DNA of 64,000 nucleotides from Moniliella sp. 'wahieum' (lineage: Eukaryota): NCBI GenBank assembly GCA_003971905.1, contig RSEE01000087.1:124001-188000 (forward strand), given 5' to 3'. The translations under genes and the position numbers were made by a program. Numbering within the stretch: the stretch's first letter is position 1; each line of letters opens with the position of its first letter. The notes under the pieces were generated by a model, which searched no databases, was not told the DNA's origin, and saw only the letters and a list, made by a program, of their open reading frames with translations. This document shows, piece by piece, positions 47,016 through 59,458 of the stretch.

Positions 47016-49552
47016 ATGAACCCCGCCCCACAGCCCCTCCAGGGCCCGCCCCCGCCGACCAGCCGCCCGAGTACACCCTCGCCGGCATCCTCCACTACCT
47101 CAGACCGAGTGGCGCCAGTACGAGCGCGAGCGCAACGACTGGGAGATCGAGCGCGCCGAGCTGCGCGTAGGTGTCCCCCGCCTCTGCCGCCCGCTGCGTC
47201 GCATCCTCCTGACCCCCCGCGCTGACCCGCTGCTCTCTCCCCCCAGGCCCGCGTCGCGCTGCTCGAGGGCGAGCACCGCGCCGCCGACACGGTGCGGCTG
47301 CTGCTCATGCGGCGCATCAAGATGCTCGAGTACCTGCTGCGCAGCGAACGGTATGTGTGCCTCCTTGCTCTGCCGCCGCCCGCCTTCTGACTGCTGGCCC
47401 TCTCCGCAGCGCAATGTACAACGCAGGCACACCCCCGCCTCTCGGTCCCACCACCGTCTCACCCCCCGCCAGCCAGCCGCTGGCCCTGCCCGCGCCCCCG
47501 CCGTCGTCGTCGGTGCCCCCTGGCAGCGAACCGGGGTCGCAGACCAACCCCCCCCCACACAGTGCCGCACCCACGCTGGCGTCCCAGGCGACGGCACGGG
47601 ACCTTGCCGAGCGCAAGCGCGCGCGCGACTACCTCAGCCAGTGTTTGCAGGAAATCAACTTCCTTACCTACGCCAAGTCCCTTCACCCCATCTCCGACCG
47701 CGCCCTCGAGTCCTCAATGGGCTCCGAGGGTGGCGACATGTCCGCCACCGGAGGTCCTTTCCGTCTGACCCGCTCCCCGGAGGAATCGTCGGTGGCCACC
47801 TCGCCCCGTCGGTCAGCAGCCACGTCATCGCCGACGAGCCCTCCCCTGCGCGCCCCGAGCGTGCCATGCGTACCGCCCTTCCCCCCTCGGCCCGTCGCAA
47901 GCGCATCTGTCCCACCAGAGTCCGGCGTCGCAGGCGCGCACGGCCGAGGACTCGGACGATGGCCATTCCACGCATTCGTGGGGATCCAGCGGCGGGACCC
48001 ACTCGGACCCATCTAGTACGACGTCCGCTCCGCCCTCGGAGCCGACTGAACCGGCCGCAGCTGGCCTAGCGGGCCATGGAGAGAAGGAAACACATAAACA
48101 GCGTGCTCGCTTTGAGGATGACGCTGACCACCCGGTCACGGCCATTCTACGAGGCAGCGATATGCAAAAGCTCAGGGCTTTGGGCCCTGCCTCCTTCACC
48201 CGTCTCCGGAGCCAACCAGCGGACGAAGTAGGGGACGAACTTGCTGCTCTTTCTCTCGAGGACAAGGCGTCCCCCCTGCATCGGCAACGATGGAGGGGGA
48301 TGCAGCGGCGCAGCATTGGCAGCCGCTCAATGTGCTCCGTCACCACCTCGATGCGGTCCGCTCCATCTCGTTTGACGAAAGCGGCTTGGTGCTGGTTTCT
48401 GGCTCGGACGATTGCACAGTCAAGTACTGGAATCTGGACCCATCCCGTCCTCCTTCGTCGTCAGCGCCTGTCGATCTTCCCAAACCCCTCTCTGGCACGC
48501 AGCACAAGTTCACCACCGACTTGGCGCCCGTTGTTACCTACCGTGGTCACTCGGCCGGGGTGACCTCGGTGCTGGCTAGCACAATGCAGGGGCGCGTATA
48601 CAGTGCTTCGCTGGACAGTACGATTCGGGTGTGGCACATGCCCGTGGACGACCGGGTACTCTATGCCTCCTTTGATCCGGAAGCCGAGCTGGCTGTTTTG
48701 GTAGGTCACACGGATGCGATCTGGGACATCTCGTTCCTGCCGGCCACCGCACGGGCTGCTTTGGCCTCCTGGTGCCGCCTCGAACGAGGCAATGCGGTCT
48801 ACGGAGCATGGCTACCTTGCCTCTGTTTCGGCCGATGGGACGACCAAGGTGTGGGACTTGTTGGCCGGCAAACAGCCCACTCTCAAGGCCAGCTGGACGT
48901 ATTTGGGCACTGGCACTGCCGCCGAGGGGAGCAAGGCCGATGCGTCGCTTCCAGTGCCGACCTGTGGCTGCCTACCCGAGCGACTGGCGAATTTGCGCAG
49001 TAGGCTACAGCAACAGTATCGTCAAGCTCTTTGAGATTGAGACGGGCCGTCAAGTGCGTCAGTTTGCCACGGACGAGACGTACGACGGCACGACCAGGAC
49101 CCAGATCAACAAGGTGGTTGTCCATCCTACCTTGCCGCTGCTCATCACCGCCCACGAAGATGGTTACCTGCGCTTTGTCCACACCGACACGGGAGAGATC
49201 ACGTCGATGCAGGGTTACAACTCGCCCATCACGGCCCTCGACATTGATCCAGCTGGGTTGACCTTGGCTTCGGGGGGCAAGATTGCAGTGTGCGGTTCTG
49301 GGACTTGGCTCCACAAGATGCGACTGGCTCTCTCCCCCGCACTTGGAAAAGGAGAAGGAAAAGGAGAAAGAAAAAGAAAAGGAAAAGGGGGGGAGGAAGT
49401 ACCAGTTGGGGTGGGCCAAAATACCATCTGTGTACAGGAGATCACCGCACACAAACACAAGGCCGAAGAGCGTGTTGGCCGTGGCGTACCATGCGTCTGC
49501 CCCGCTCTTTGCCAGTGCTGGGGCCGACGGGCTGATCCGGACATACCACTAA
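47016..49552 (+). CDS. Striatin family protein (Far8/PRO11), STRIPAK scaffold
   Basis: YTLAGILHYL.TEWRQYERERNDWEIERAELR and ARVALLEGE...RRIKMLEY, followed by C-terminal WD40 repeats (HLDAVRSI, GHTDAIWDI, QINKVVVHPTLPLLITAHED). Confidence 0.93.
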
Positions 49553-50209
49553 GGTGCGGCCTACGTTTCGACTCTTGTTCGGCTGTCCAATCGTCTCGCG
49601 CCCCACGTTGCTGTTGCTCAGGCATACACCTGTATTCCCCCTGGAGACTCTCGGCTCCTGTCCCATCCTCTCCCCCATCGTCTCGTCTGCACGTCTCGGA
49701 CCCCCCCCTCTCCCATGCGCTCTCTCCTGCTTGCTGTTCTTGCTCGCCGCGATTCAAATTCTTTGTATCTGCGCATCCTTCTCGACGACCTGCCTCTGTG
49801 CCCGGCGCACGTCATGATATCAAGCCCCTGATGTTCGACCGCCTCCCCGCGTCCTAGTGCCGACCTGGGGGAGGAAGAAAAGGTGGCAAGGAGGGTTCTG
49901 GTTCTCCTAGCTATCTCTTCGCTCTGACTCTTGTTTGCTTGTTTCCCCTTCCTGCCTGCTGCGTCTCGCTTCAAAATGGAATGTAACCGGTACCCCCGGG
50001 GTCCATCCTTTGCTTGTGAGGGCAGCGACCGCATACTAGTTAGCCTGTTCCGCGCCACAGGGTTGCTCCCAAACGAACAGCGTAGTATTCTAATAGCCTA
50101 TAAACATCCTTGCCTCCCTTGCTTCGCCGGTTCGCACCGCGCGGGATGGAATCGAGCCGCCCAACAACTGTACATTTGACATGACCACATTACAAACGAG
50201 TGCCAGAGC

Positions 50210-52289
50210 CTAGGGCGTCGCTGGCGCCGCCGACGTCTGGGCCGCTTCTGGCTTGGATGTCCCCGTCGCGTCAGGAGCCGCCGACGGCGGGGCTGCCGCC
50301 GTCGCAGCTGCGTCCAACGCAGTCGCTTCCGCCATCGACGTATCTCCCTCTCCGTCTCCCTCTGGCGCGGTAGCCGGAACGGAAGGATCGGGTTTAGGTT
50401 TGTGCTCTGGTGAAGCAGCGGGAGGTGATGCCGCGGCCGGCGGCGAACCCGAGGAGGGTAGCTTCTCCTGTTCGAGCCGCTGCGGCGAGGAGAGCGTGAC
50501 GAGCAAGGGGTCAGCGAGGAACTGGTGGGTCCAAAAGGGACCGGCAACGCGAACCATGCCCGCTTGTGCCTCTTCTTGGGACGGTGCGAGGCCAACGGGC
50601 GGAGCGGCAAGATGGACAGCCAAGCGAGCCTCGCGACTGAGCCAGGCAGCCGCCTCGGGGTCGCTCTGGGCCAAGCGGTCCATAAAGAAGCCGAGGCGGT
50701 ACAGTGCACTGTGCGCATCTTCGTGTCCGTCGACCCCGCCAGGACCCAACAGGAACGTCTGCACCGTCCCACTGCCCAGACACCGCAGCCCGAGCAACGC
50801 GCCCAGTTTGGTAGCAGGGGCAGGCAGGGGGGCGGTCTTGGCCGCTTCCGAGGCGGCCAATGCGTCGGCGCCGGTGCGCTGGAGATCCGACTTGTCCTCG
50901 CCTTCTTCTGTACCGGCCAAGAGCGCCTTGAGAAGCGTGGCTACGATCCGAGGGCGCAGAGAGGGGTAACTCCTTCCGTAATTGAGGGCAATGTGGGCCA
51001 GAAGGAGGGCGGTATGGGCGCGAACGCTGTACCCGTCCAATGGAAGCTTCTTGCCCCATCGAGGCGTGAGGAGGACACTCAACACTGACGGCATCAGTTG
51101 GTGCAGGTAAGGCTCGATGAAAATGTGCGGATTGATGAGAAGGGCATGAACCACGAGCATCAAGTGCTCCAACAAGACCACATCCAGCAATCCAAAACTG
51201 ATCTTCTCCCCGACCCATTGGACGAGGTAGGGGACCAGTTGGTGCAGGCCTGGGTCGCCCCGTAAACTGGCAAGCGCCGCGTCGCGCACCACGTTCCCGC
51301 TGCCGCTCTGCGCAATCCGCGCCAGCGATTCCGGCTGCGCATCCGACGCGGGAGGGAGCGCGTGGGCGGCATCTTCTTCCACGGGGGCAGCGCTGGGTGG
51401 CGGCGGGCCGCCGCGTCGGGGGCCGTGGCGGTGGCCGGGGCCGTGTCCTCGGCCGAGGTGGGGGGGTTGGTGATGGCCTGGGTGAGCTCAAAGTACAGTT
51501 GCAGTTCGCGGGAGAGGACGTGCTTGACCAACGGCCGCACCTGCACAGTCTCCTTGCCCCGGCCGGCGGGCGCGCCATTGATCGAGGCAGGCACGACGGC
51601 GGGGCTGGGGTGGGACGCCGCGTCGTCGGCGGCTGCCTCGTGGCTAGGTGGGGCCGGAGCGAGGCCGAGCTCGGACGGACTGGGGTTTTGCGGGACAGCC
51701 GGTTGGACGCCCTCGATGGCGAGCCAGTGCGACGCCCATCCGACGCCCTTGCCCAGCGCAAGCACGGGGCCTGCCTGGAGAATGTCATCAAAGTCGATCT
51801 CCTCGTCCTCGAGGTAGTAGAGCGGGCCAGAAGGGTGCGGGTTTTGCGGAAGGCAGGCACGCATGGCGGCGGTCGCGTTGGAGCGGCCCGAGGTGGCAGG
51901 AAAGTAGCCGTAGAGCGGCTCGACATTCTTGGCGCGCAGCGCCATGTCAATGTCGCTCGTGCGCAGCTGGGCGCGCTTGGCGTGGCGCATGTACTTGGCC
52001 GCGTCCTGGAGCACGTCGCGCAGGCGGTACTCGACGTCGCTCGCCAGCGCGCCCAGCACCTGGTCGCGCACGCCGCTGAGGCCGAGCGCATCGGCCGCGT
52101 CGCGGACACTGTCCTTGGGGTACACGGCGGGGGAAGGCCGCCGGCGGCGCCGTTGGCGGCGTAGCTGAACACGCCGCTGGCGAGGCCGGGCGGGGCGCCC
52201 GGCGCGGCGGCGGCCGCCATGAGGGAGGTGGGGGCGATGGAGCGGGCGAGCGCGGCGTCGGCGGCGCGGCTGCTCTTGGAGGGCGCCAT
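50210..52289 (-). CDS. TAF6: TFIID/SAGA subunit TAF6
   Basis: Histone fold ALASDVEYRLRDVLQDAAKYMRHAKR, NVEPLYGY, HWLAIEGVQPAVPQNP, KHVLSRELQLYFE, DPGLHQLVPY and FIEPYLHQLMPSVLS. Confidence 0.96.
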
Positions 52290-52664
52290 GGGGGGATGGG
52301 GGGGGTGGGGTCGGGGGGAGGAGGTGGGCTGAACGTTCAATTGGCGCGATGGGATGGGCGGCTTGCACCGAACGGGGGCTGGGTCACGTGGCGGAAACAT
52401 TGGACGGGAATCTGGGCTGAGGCTGAGCTCAGCAGCGCAGGCAGTTGAACGTTCAGTTGAACATCCCTGAACGTTGCGCCGATGACATCATCGGGGGCTG
52501 CGCAGGCAGCGGCGCTCCGCGGACAAGCAGCCTGTCTGGCTGAGTCCACTTGCGTGGCCTTGCCCTTCCCCATCCCCATCTTCCCCGCCGCCACCGCCAC
52601 CGCCTCCATCCCATCCCCACCACAGCCATCCCCACCACCCCCCACCCCCACCCCCATCCCCACC

Positions 52665-55523
52665 ATGCCTGCCAGCCTGCTCCAGCTGCAGCAAACCCGT
52701 ACGTCGATCCCCCCGCCTGCCTGCCCCGCCTGACCCCACCCCCCCCAGGCATCCTCGACGCCGTCCGCTCCGTCCGGCCGCCAAACAAATGGAAGACACT
52801 CGTCCTCGACGCCCGCACCCACCCGCTCATCGAAAACTGCATGAAGACCATCGACCTGCTCCACGAAAATGTCATGGCCATCGAGCTCATCGAGCATAAC
52901 CGCGAGCCCAACACTGAATTTGACGCATGCTACCTCGTCACTGCCTCTGATGTCAACGTGCGCCGCATCATTGAAGACCTTTCCCATCTCGGCGGACCCC
53001 AGATCTACGCTGGCGGCCACATCTTCTTTGTCGATGGTACGCCCCCCTACCCCCCCCCCCCACACACACCGCCTGTGTCCAGAACAGCAGCTCTAACCTC
53101 CTCGCCTCGTCATTTTCCAGCTGTTCCCCAAACTGTTGTCAACCAGCTGGCCACCTCGGCCGCAGGCCCTCGACTACGCGGTCTAGTCGAACTATTTATG
53201 GATGTGTGGCGTACGTCCCCCCTTCCATGTCCTTACGCGCTCGCGCCCAACTCTGATGCCCTTTCTTTCTCTAGCCTTGGAAGGCCAGGTGTTCACTGGC
53301 CAACGACCCCAAGCGTTCCACACCCTCTTCCAACCCTCGCTCAACCTCAACAACCAGGAATCCGACTGGGCCCAAAAACTGGTCCAAGACGAGGTTGCCC
53401 GCGCAACAAAGACGATTGTCAATACCTGTGTCCTGCTCAACGAGTTCCCTCTGATCCGCTACTACGCACCCCCCACCCACCCTTGGGTCCCTTGGCCCCA
53501 CCCCCTGGCGCGCTTCCCGACCAGCGCCACTCGGTCTCGCTGCGCAATGGAATCAGTAGGTTCCGGGGCGAAATCCCGCCGGCTGCGGGTGAGGTGCCGC
53601 CGCCGCAGTTCCCGCACTTTACCCAGCTGCTGGCGGAAAGTGTGGCGCGTACGTGGACAAGTATGTGGAAGAAAATGAGCCGAAACTGGATTCGGGTCGG
53701 GCGAGGGGGTGCTGTTCATTACGGATCGGACGATGGATGTGCGGGCGCCGTTGATGCATGAGTTTACATATCAGGCCATGGCCAACGATTTGCTTCCGAT
53801 TCAACAAGGTCGATATTACCACTACCAGTTCAAAAATGCCACGGGCCTCGAGAGGACAAGGACGCCGAGTTGACCGATGAAGATTCCGTCTGGACAAACA
53901 TTCGTCATTTGCACATTGCCCTCGCGTCCCAAAAGTTGTCGTCTGAATTTGAAGAACATGCGGGCAAGGCGGACAAGTACCAGACGGGCAAGAGCTTGAA
54001 TGACATGCGGGACATGTTGGCCAACTTACCGCACATGCAAGAGACCAAGGAACGACTCAGTCTCCACCTCACTATGGCCCAGAAGTGCATGGACATTTTC
54101 CAGTCCAGCCGTCTGGCCAGCAATCGCAGATCGAACAGTCGTGCGCGACGAAATTGGGTCCGGATGGAACCAAGCCGAAGGACATTGTGCTTGATATGGT
54201 GTCGCTGCTGGACGACCAGGCCATCTCCCCTATGGACAAGGCGCGTATCATTGCTCTCTACATTCTCATGAGCGATTCAGGAGTAGTTGACGAAGACCGC
54301 AAACGGTTGTACCAGCACGCCCACCTCGGTCCGACCGAGATGGAAGCGGTCAACAACCTCACCTATCTCGGCGCTCGCGTGGTCAACAGTCTTCGGGCTC
54401 GGCCGAGCGCGCGCTGGCCAAGTTCAACCAGTTCCTGGGTAAGTCTGCTTCGGGCGGGTGGAAACGGGACCAAGAGTATGTGGCAGGCGAGTACGATACG
54501 GCGCGGTTCAAGCCGCTGGTGCAGTATCTGATCAAGGACCTTGTTTCCCACAAGCTTGACACGGCCACCTTTCCTTACCTCGAGGGGCATGGGGACAATG
54601 CTTCGGGCTCCGCCGCGAGCGGGGCGTTGGGTGCGCTGACCAAACGCCCCCTCGCCAATGGTTCCTCCCCGCAACCGGCCAAGCCACGTCGCTGCGCAGC
54701 CAACGACCCACCTGGGCCAACAGCAGCCGTCCCAGTTCCCGCCGCCAGGGTTCGCTCACCGGCTCGTCTCTGACAACGCCCAGTCCTACCCTTTCGCGCT
54801 CGGGTACGGGCAACGGGGCCAGTACACGCCAACGATTGTTGGTGTATGTGGTGGGTGGCATGACGTATTCCGAGATGCGCGCCGTGTACCAGATGGGAGA
54901 CCAGTACCAGGGACATTTACCTTGGCTCCGATTCGGTTTGGACGCCCAAGGAGTTTGTAGAACAGATGAGCACCTTGGCGCATACTTGGCTCCGGGCAGT
55001 ACCCAGCCCTGGGAGCCAGGCGAATGCAGCCTGGGATGCGAACGCCATTACCCCCGCCTCGCAACCCTCTCAGTCCCGCTGCCCAATGTGCCAAGGAAGG
55101 CCCTGCACGACGGGACGTACCCAATCGCTGGCGCGCCCTGACCCACGTACCGGAGCCAAACCGAACGTGCGAGATGGATGGACGCATGTCGACCCCAAAG
55201 ATCCACGCCGGCCCGACCGGAACGACCCTCGGGTGCGTGGCTACCACGGAGAAAAGCAGCTGCCGCACGTGCCAGACAAGTGGCGAAGCATGTGCCCGAC
55301 CTGGTCAAGAAGCGACTGGGAAAAGAGTGGCCAAGCCGCTGCCTTCCACCCATACCATGCCGCAACACCAACGCATCCTGATGCAACGCCAGAGCATGAT
55401 GGCCTCCGCGCCCGACGCGCTGCCGTCCGCACCGGGCGGTTCCTACCCACGTCCGCCATGGGCCGCGTGGAGAGGGAAAAGGAAAAGCCTGCCAAGTTGA
55501 AGAATCTGTTCAAACGGGCGTAG
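52665..55523 (+). CDS. SEC1: Sec1/Munc18 family protein
   Basis: NKWKTLVLD, REPNTEFDACYLV, LNEFPLIRYY, LMHEFTYQAMANDLLPI, DEDSVWTNIRHLHIA, LSLHLTMAQKCM, DKARIIALY and VYVVGGMTYSEMRAVY. Confidence 0.93.
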
Positions 55524-56220
55524 GCCTCGCCTTGTTAATCCATCTTGAATTACTGCGATGAGCCGGTGCAGGGGGTAGCCAGTAGCCAGTGATGGGCGTG
55601 CCCCGATGGCTGCAGAGGCCGTGGGGAGGGTTAGACAACGTATGGACGGTGCTGACGTGGACAGACGCAGAATCCGGGGTTTTGTTTCTTGCGTTGGCTG
55701 ACACCACAGCGGGGGGGGGCCAGTGTGTCAGCGGAGCCAACAAAAGCGCGCCTGGCGGGAGCGACCCGAAGCGATGCCTTGTCGATCCCAGCCGCACGGG
55801 ATGAGGCTAATGAAGCTTGAAGTGGATGAAGCATGGATGCGTGGCGGGGCGCAGGGCCGTCGCTGACGCTGACGCTGGGGACGCGTGCGCGCATGGCTCG
55901 CTGGTGGAGCGGCGGCGGCGGACCAGCTGCGATGGCCATTAATGCATTAATGGGAGGAACCGACAAGGACTGATGGCGAGCAGGCAGCGGCGCACACACT
56001 GGCCCAGTGCGTCTGCGTCCGCCCATCTCCGAGCGAGGGTTGCAACCGCCGCGGTAGGGTTGGCCGCACCAGCATCTCTCCATCCCCGCTGTCGCTCGCC
56101 CTCGTCGGCGGCTGTGCTCTTCCGTCCACACCACCTCCACCGGCATCGCCAGCGCTCCGTCGCCCCCGCCCGGTCAGCCCTGCCCTTCGTTGCCCGTCCT
56201 CTGCCTCCCCTGCCCCCGCC

Positions 56221-57336
56221 ATGGCCAGCAAGGAATACACCGCCGTCCCCATCGACGGCGCCAAGCCCGCCGCCGTCCCGGCCCCCGCCCCCGTCGTCCC
56301 CCAGCCCGTCCGACTCCCTCCCCGGCGGCACCCCCGCAAGCCCGAGCGCAAGCTCCACCCCATCCCCCATCTCCTTCTGGATTGGGTCGTCGATGACTGT
56401 GATCATCTACAACGCGTGTGTCCCCTGCTTCTCTGCGCTTCTCTGCTGCCCGCTCGTTCTGCCTCCATTAACGTTGAACCCCGTCTGGCTACTCCCTCTT
56501 CCTCTTGACCCGCAGATACATCCTCAAGAAGGACGGCCTCAACTTTGGCTACCCCATCTTCCTTACGCCTTCCACATGGCATTTGCCGCGCTCGGCACTC
56601 GCCTTCTCGCTCGCTTCACCCACCTTATGGATGGCCTGAACAATGTCGAGATGACGCGCGAGCGCTGGATCCGCAACATCCTCCCCATTGGCGCGCTGTT
56701 TGCCGCCTCGCTGATTTTAGCAACTACGCCTACCTGTACTTGAGCGTGTCCTACATCCAGATGGTCAAGGCCTTCACTCCAGTCGCGGTCCTGCTCATGT
56801 CCATCGCGTTTGGTCTCAAGGCGGCCAACGTGACGCAGCTCGGGATCGTATTTGGCATCTCGTGTGGCGTCGCGATCGCGTCCTATGGCGAGGCCAAGTT
56901 CGACCTGTTTGGATTCATCCTCCAGGCCATCGCTATCCTATTTGAGTCGACGCGTCTGGTCATGATCCAGGTGCTGCTGCAAGGACTTAAGATGGACCCG
57001 CTCGTGTCGGTGTACTACTTTGCGCCTGTCTGTGCCGGGATGCTGGTGATCGTCTTGCCCTTTGTCGAAGGTTGGGCGCCCTTTGCTCACTTGGGCCAAG
57101 TGGGCGCCATGGTCTTGCTCAGCAATGCGTCGTGCGCCTTTGCACTCAACTTTGCCCTGGTCTTCCTCATTGGCGCAGCATCGTCCTTGGTGCTCACCTT
57201 GGCCGGAGTGGTGAAGGACATCTTGCTCATCGTTGGCTCCATGGTCATCCTTAACTCGGTCGTGACGGGAACGCAGATGTTTGGCTACAGCATCGCCCTG
57301 GCTGGCTTGGTCGCGTTCAAGCTGTACAAGGCCTAG
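56221..57336 (+). CDS. Triose-phosphate/nucleotide-sugar transporter (TPT family)
   Basis: SSMTVIIYN, YPIFL, NILPIGALFAASL, YLYLSVSYIQMVKAFTPVAVL, KMDPLVSVYYFAPVC and LTLAGVVKDILLI. One intron at ~56415-56515. Confidence 0.92.
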
Positions 57337-58351
57337 TTGGCTTATTGGAGCAGGGTTGATGTATCTGCCCCTTTAGGTTTTTGGGGTCTGGGTGTTTGGA
57401 TCCTTTTGGTCAACCGGTCCCCTTTCCCCTTTCCCCTTCCCTTTTCGCCTTCTCGCCTTCCCTCTCCCACGAGCACAGAACACATTGATCCTTCCCCAGA
57501 CGGTGCTTCCCCCTCCCTCCTTCGCTCCAGCGCTGTACAGACTCGTCTGAGATCTGAACGTTGATCTCAACTCTCAACCATTTGTCTCCTCCCGTTCCTT
57601 GGACACCTTTCTCCGCCCCCCCACTTGTCCCACTGATCCACTCTTGTCCGCTCCTCTGCTCTGTGGTATACTCCCTCTATATCCCATCCTGCGCTGGCCG
57701 GGTAACCGGGGCGAACCTAACTAGTTCAGTTCAGTTTTGGTTGGGTCGTCGACCCCGCCGCCGCTTCTTAGTTGCTCAAGGTTGAGTTCACCGATCACCG
57801 GTTTAACTTACCTGGGCAAAGATCGAGATATGAGATCCGAGATGCATCGCACGCTTCGCTTCGCCACCGCATCTCGCTAATAGTAGAATCGAAATGCATC
57901 CCCCTCCTTGCTGGCCGACAGCGTGGCGCCCGGAGGTGGTGTACGTCTATCCAGACCACAGCAAGGTCCGAATCTTGGCAAGCTACCAGCCTCAGCCTAT
58001 ATATCCAACCACAAAAAATGAATGCGGTATGCAATGCCCGTTAGGTCAAAAGATGCTAGTTGTGTGGGGGGGGGGGCAACGTCGAGCGCAGCTCGTGCCC
58101 AATGCAAACAAAGTACGGTGGCGTGAAAAGGGTGGGGAGGGGGAGGGCAGGAAAGAAGAAAAAAGAAAAGTAACGGTGGATCCCATCAAGGGCAGAGGTG
58201 ACTCTAGTTTGGTGCCAGACCAAAGAGAGAGGGAACGAAAAAGCATCGGTGTGCGCTTGGCATCTCCGCACCAGCTCAAAGCAGCTGATCCAACCGGGAA
58301 GGGGTTGGATATAAGAAGACGGGGTAAGGGTAGGAGCCCCATGGTGCCAGT

Positions 58352-58660
58352 TTAATTATACGGACAATCTTCAAGGCAATTGAGCGGGTCGGGCAAGCCT
58401 CCGTTGGCTTGGGAGAACTGGGTAAAAGATTGGGACGAGCCGTGCTGGACAGCCTGCTGCCACGCCTCGTTCATCTCATTCAGCACTTCCCGGTAGCACT
58501 GTAGTTCTTCTTTTTGCCGCGCCGATTCGGCAGCGACGGTGCGCGCCACCACCAACGCCCGCGGACGCAGGTGCGGCCGGGCACCAGGCCCGACGCCCCC
58601 GGCCTGGACCAGCATGGCCAGGAGCGCAACGAGCAGCAGAATAAGGTAGGCACAGTGCAT
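58352..58660 (-). CDS. Small secreted protein, 102 aa, effector candidate
   Basis: Signal peptide MHCAYLILLLVALLAMLVQA, an LRPR motif and three Cys in the mature part. TATATA at ~58845. Confidence 0.7.
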   Translation of the reverse strand: MHCAYLILLLVALLAMLVQAGGVGPGARPHLRPRALVVARTVAAESARQKEELQCYREVLNEMNEAWQQAVQHGSSQSFTQFSQANGGLPDPLNCLEDCPYN

Positions 58661-59458
58661 CTTGATGGTATGGGAGAGCCAAGGAATGGGAGGGGGCGGA
58701 AGGGAAAAGAGGTTGGTGGGGGGGGAAGCCAATGAAAGCCAATAGCAAAGGATGTTAAGTAGCTGTGGGTGCCGTAGCTCCGTGCTGCGGCTGGGGCGGG
58801 CATGGAGGCTGAAGAGGCAGCAGGGCGCCAGTGACGAGGGAAGATATATAGGAGGACTGGCGCCGTGGGCGGTGGAGGGTGGGGTGCCAGGGGCAGTGCA
58901 GCTGCCGCACCACGCACGGGGCCAGTGTCTGTGCTGTCGGTGGGGCTGGGGCAGTACAAAACTGCGCTGCTGTGCGCTGCTGTCCTGCTGTTCCACGCTG
59001 GCCGATGTCCAACAAAGCTACGCTTCTCTCCAACGCCACCGCATCTCCCCATTGCCTCTGGGTGTATGTTGGTGTATGTGTGCTGCTCAGCAACCGACAC
59101 CACTCCCTCTCTTCGTGCTGCCGCCTGCGCACGCTCCGACCGTCTCGAGCTGGGACGGCAGACAGGCAAGTGACACTGAGGGCAGCGGTACATATACTAC
59201 GTCGCACTGCTGTCGGGCGTCTCTCCATTGCGCGCTAAAAAGTATAACCAACGAGGGGGCAGTGATGCATGTGGACCGAACATGGATTGGAACAGTACAG
59301 CTGCACAGTGAGCAGGAGAGATCTTTTCGCCCGCCCCAAAACCCAAAACACAGCCATGTCCCCCCTACTGGAGCCATCCGTGGACGCGGTGGGCAGCCTC
59401 CTTCGGCGACCGATGGAGGAAGGTCATCGGGAGCCTCTAGGCGGCCAGCCTCGGTGGC

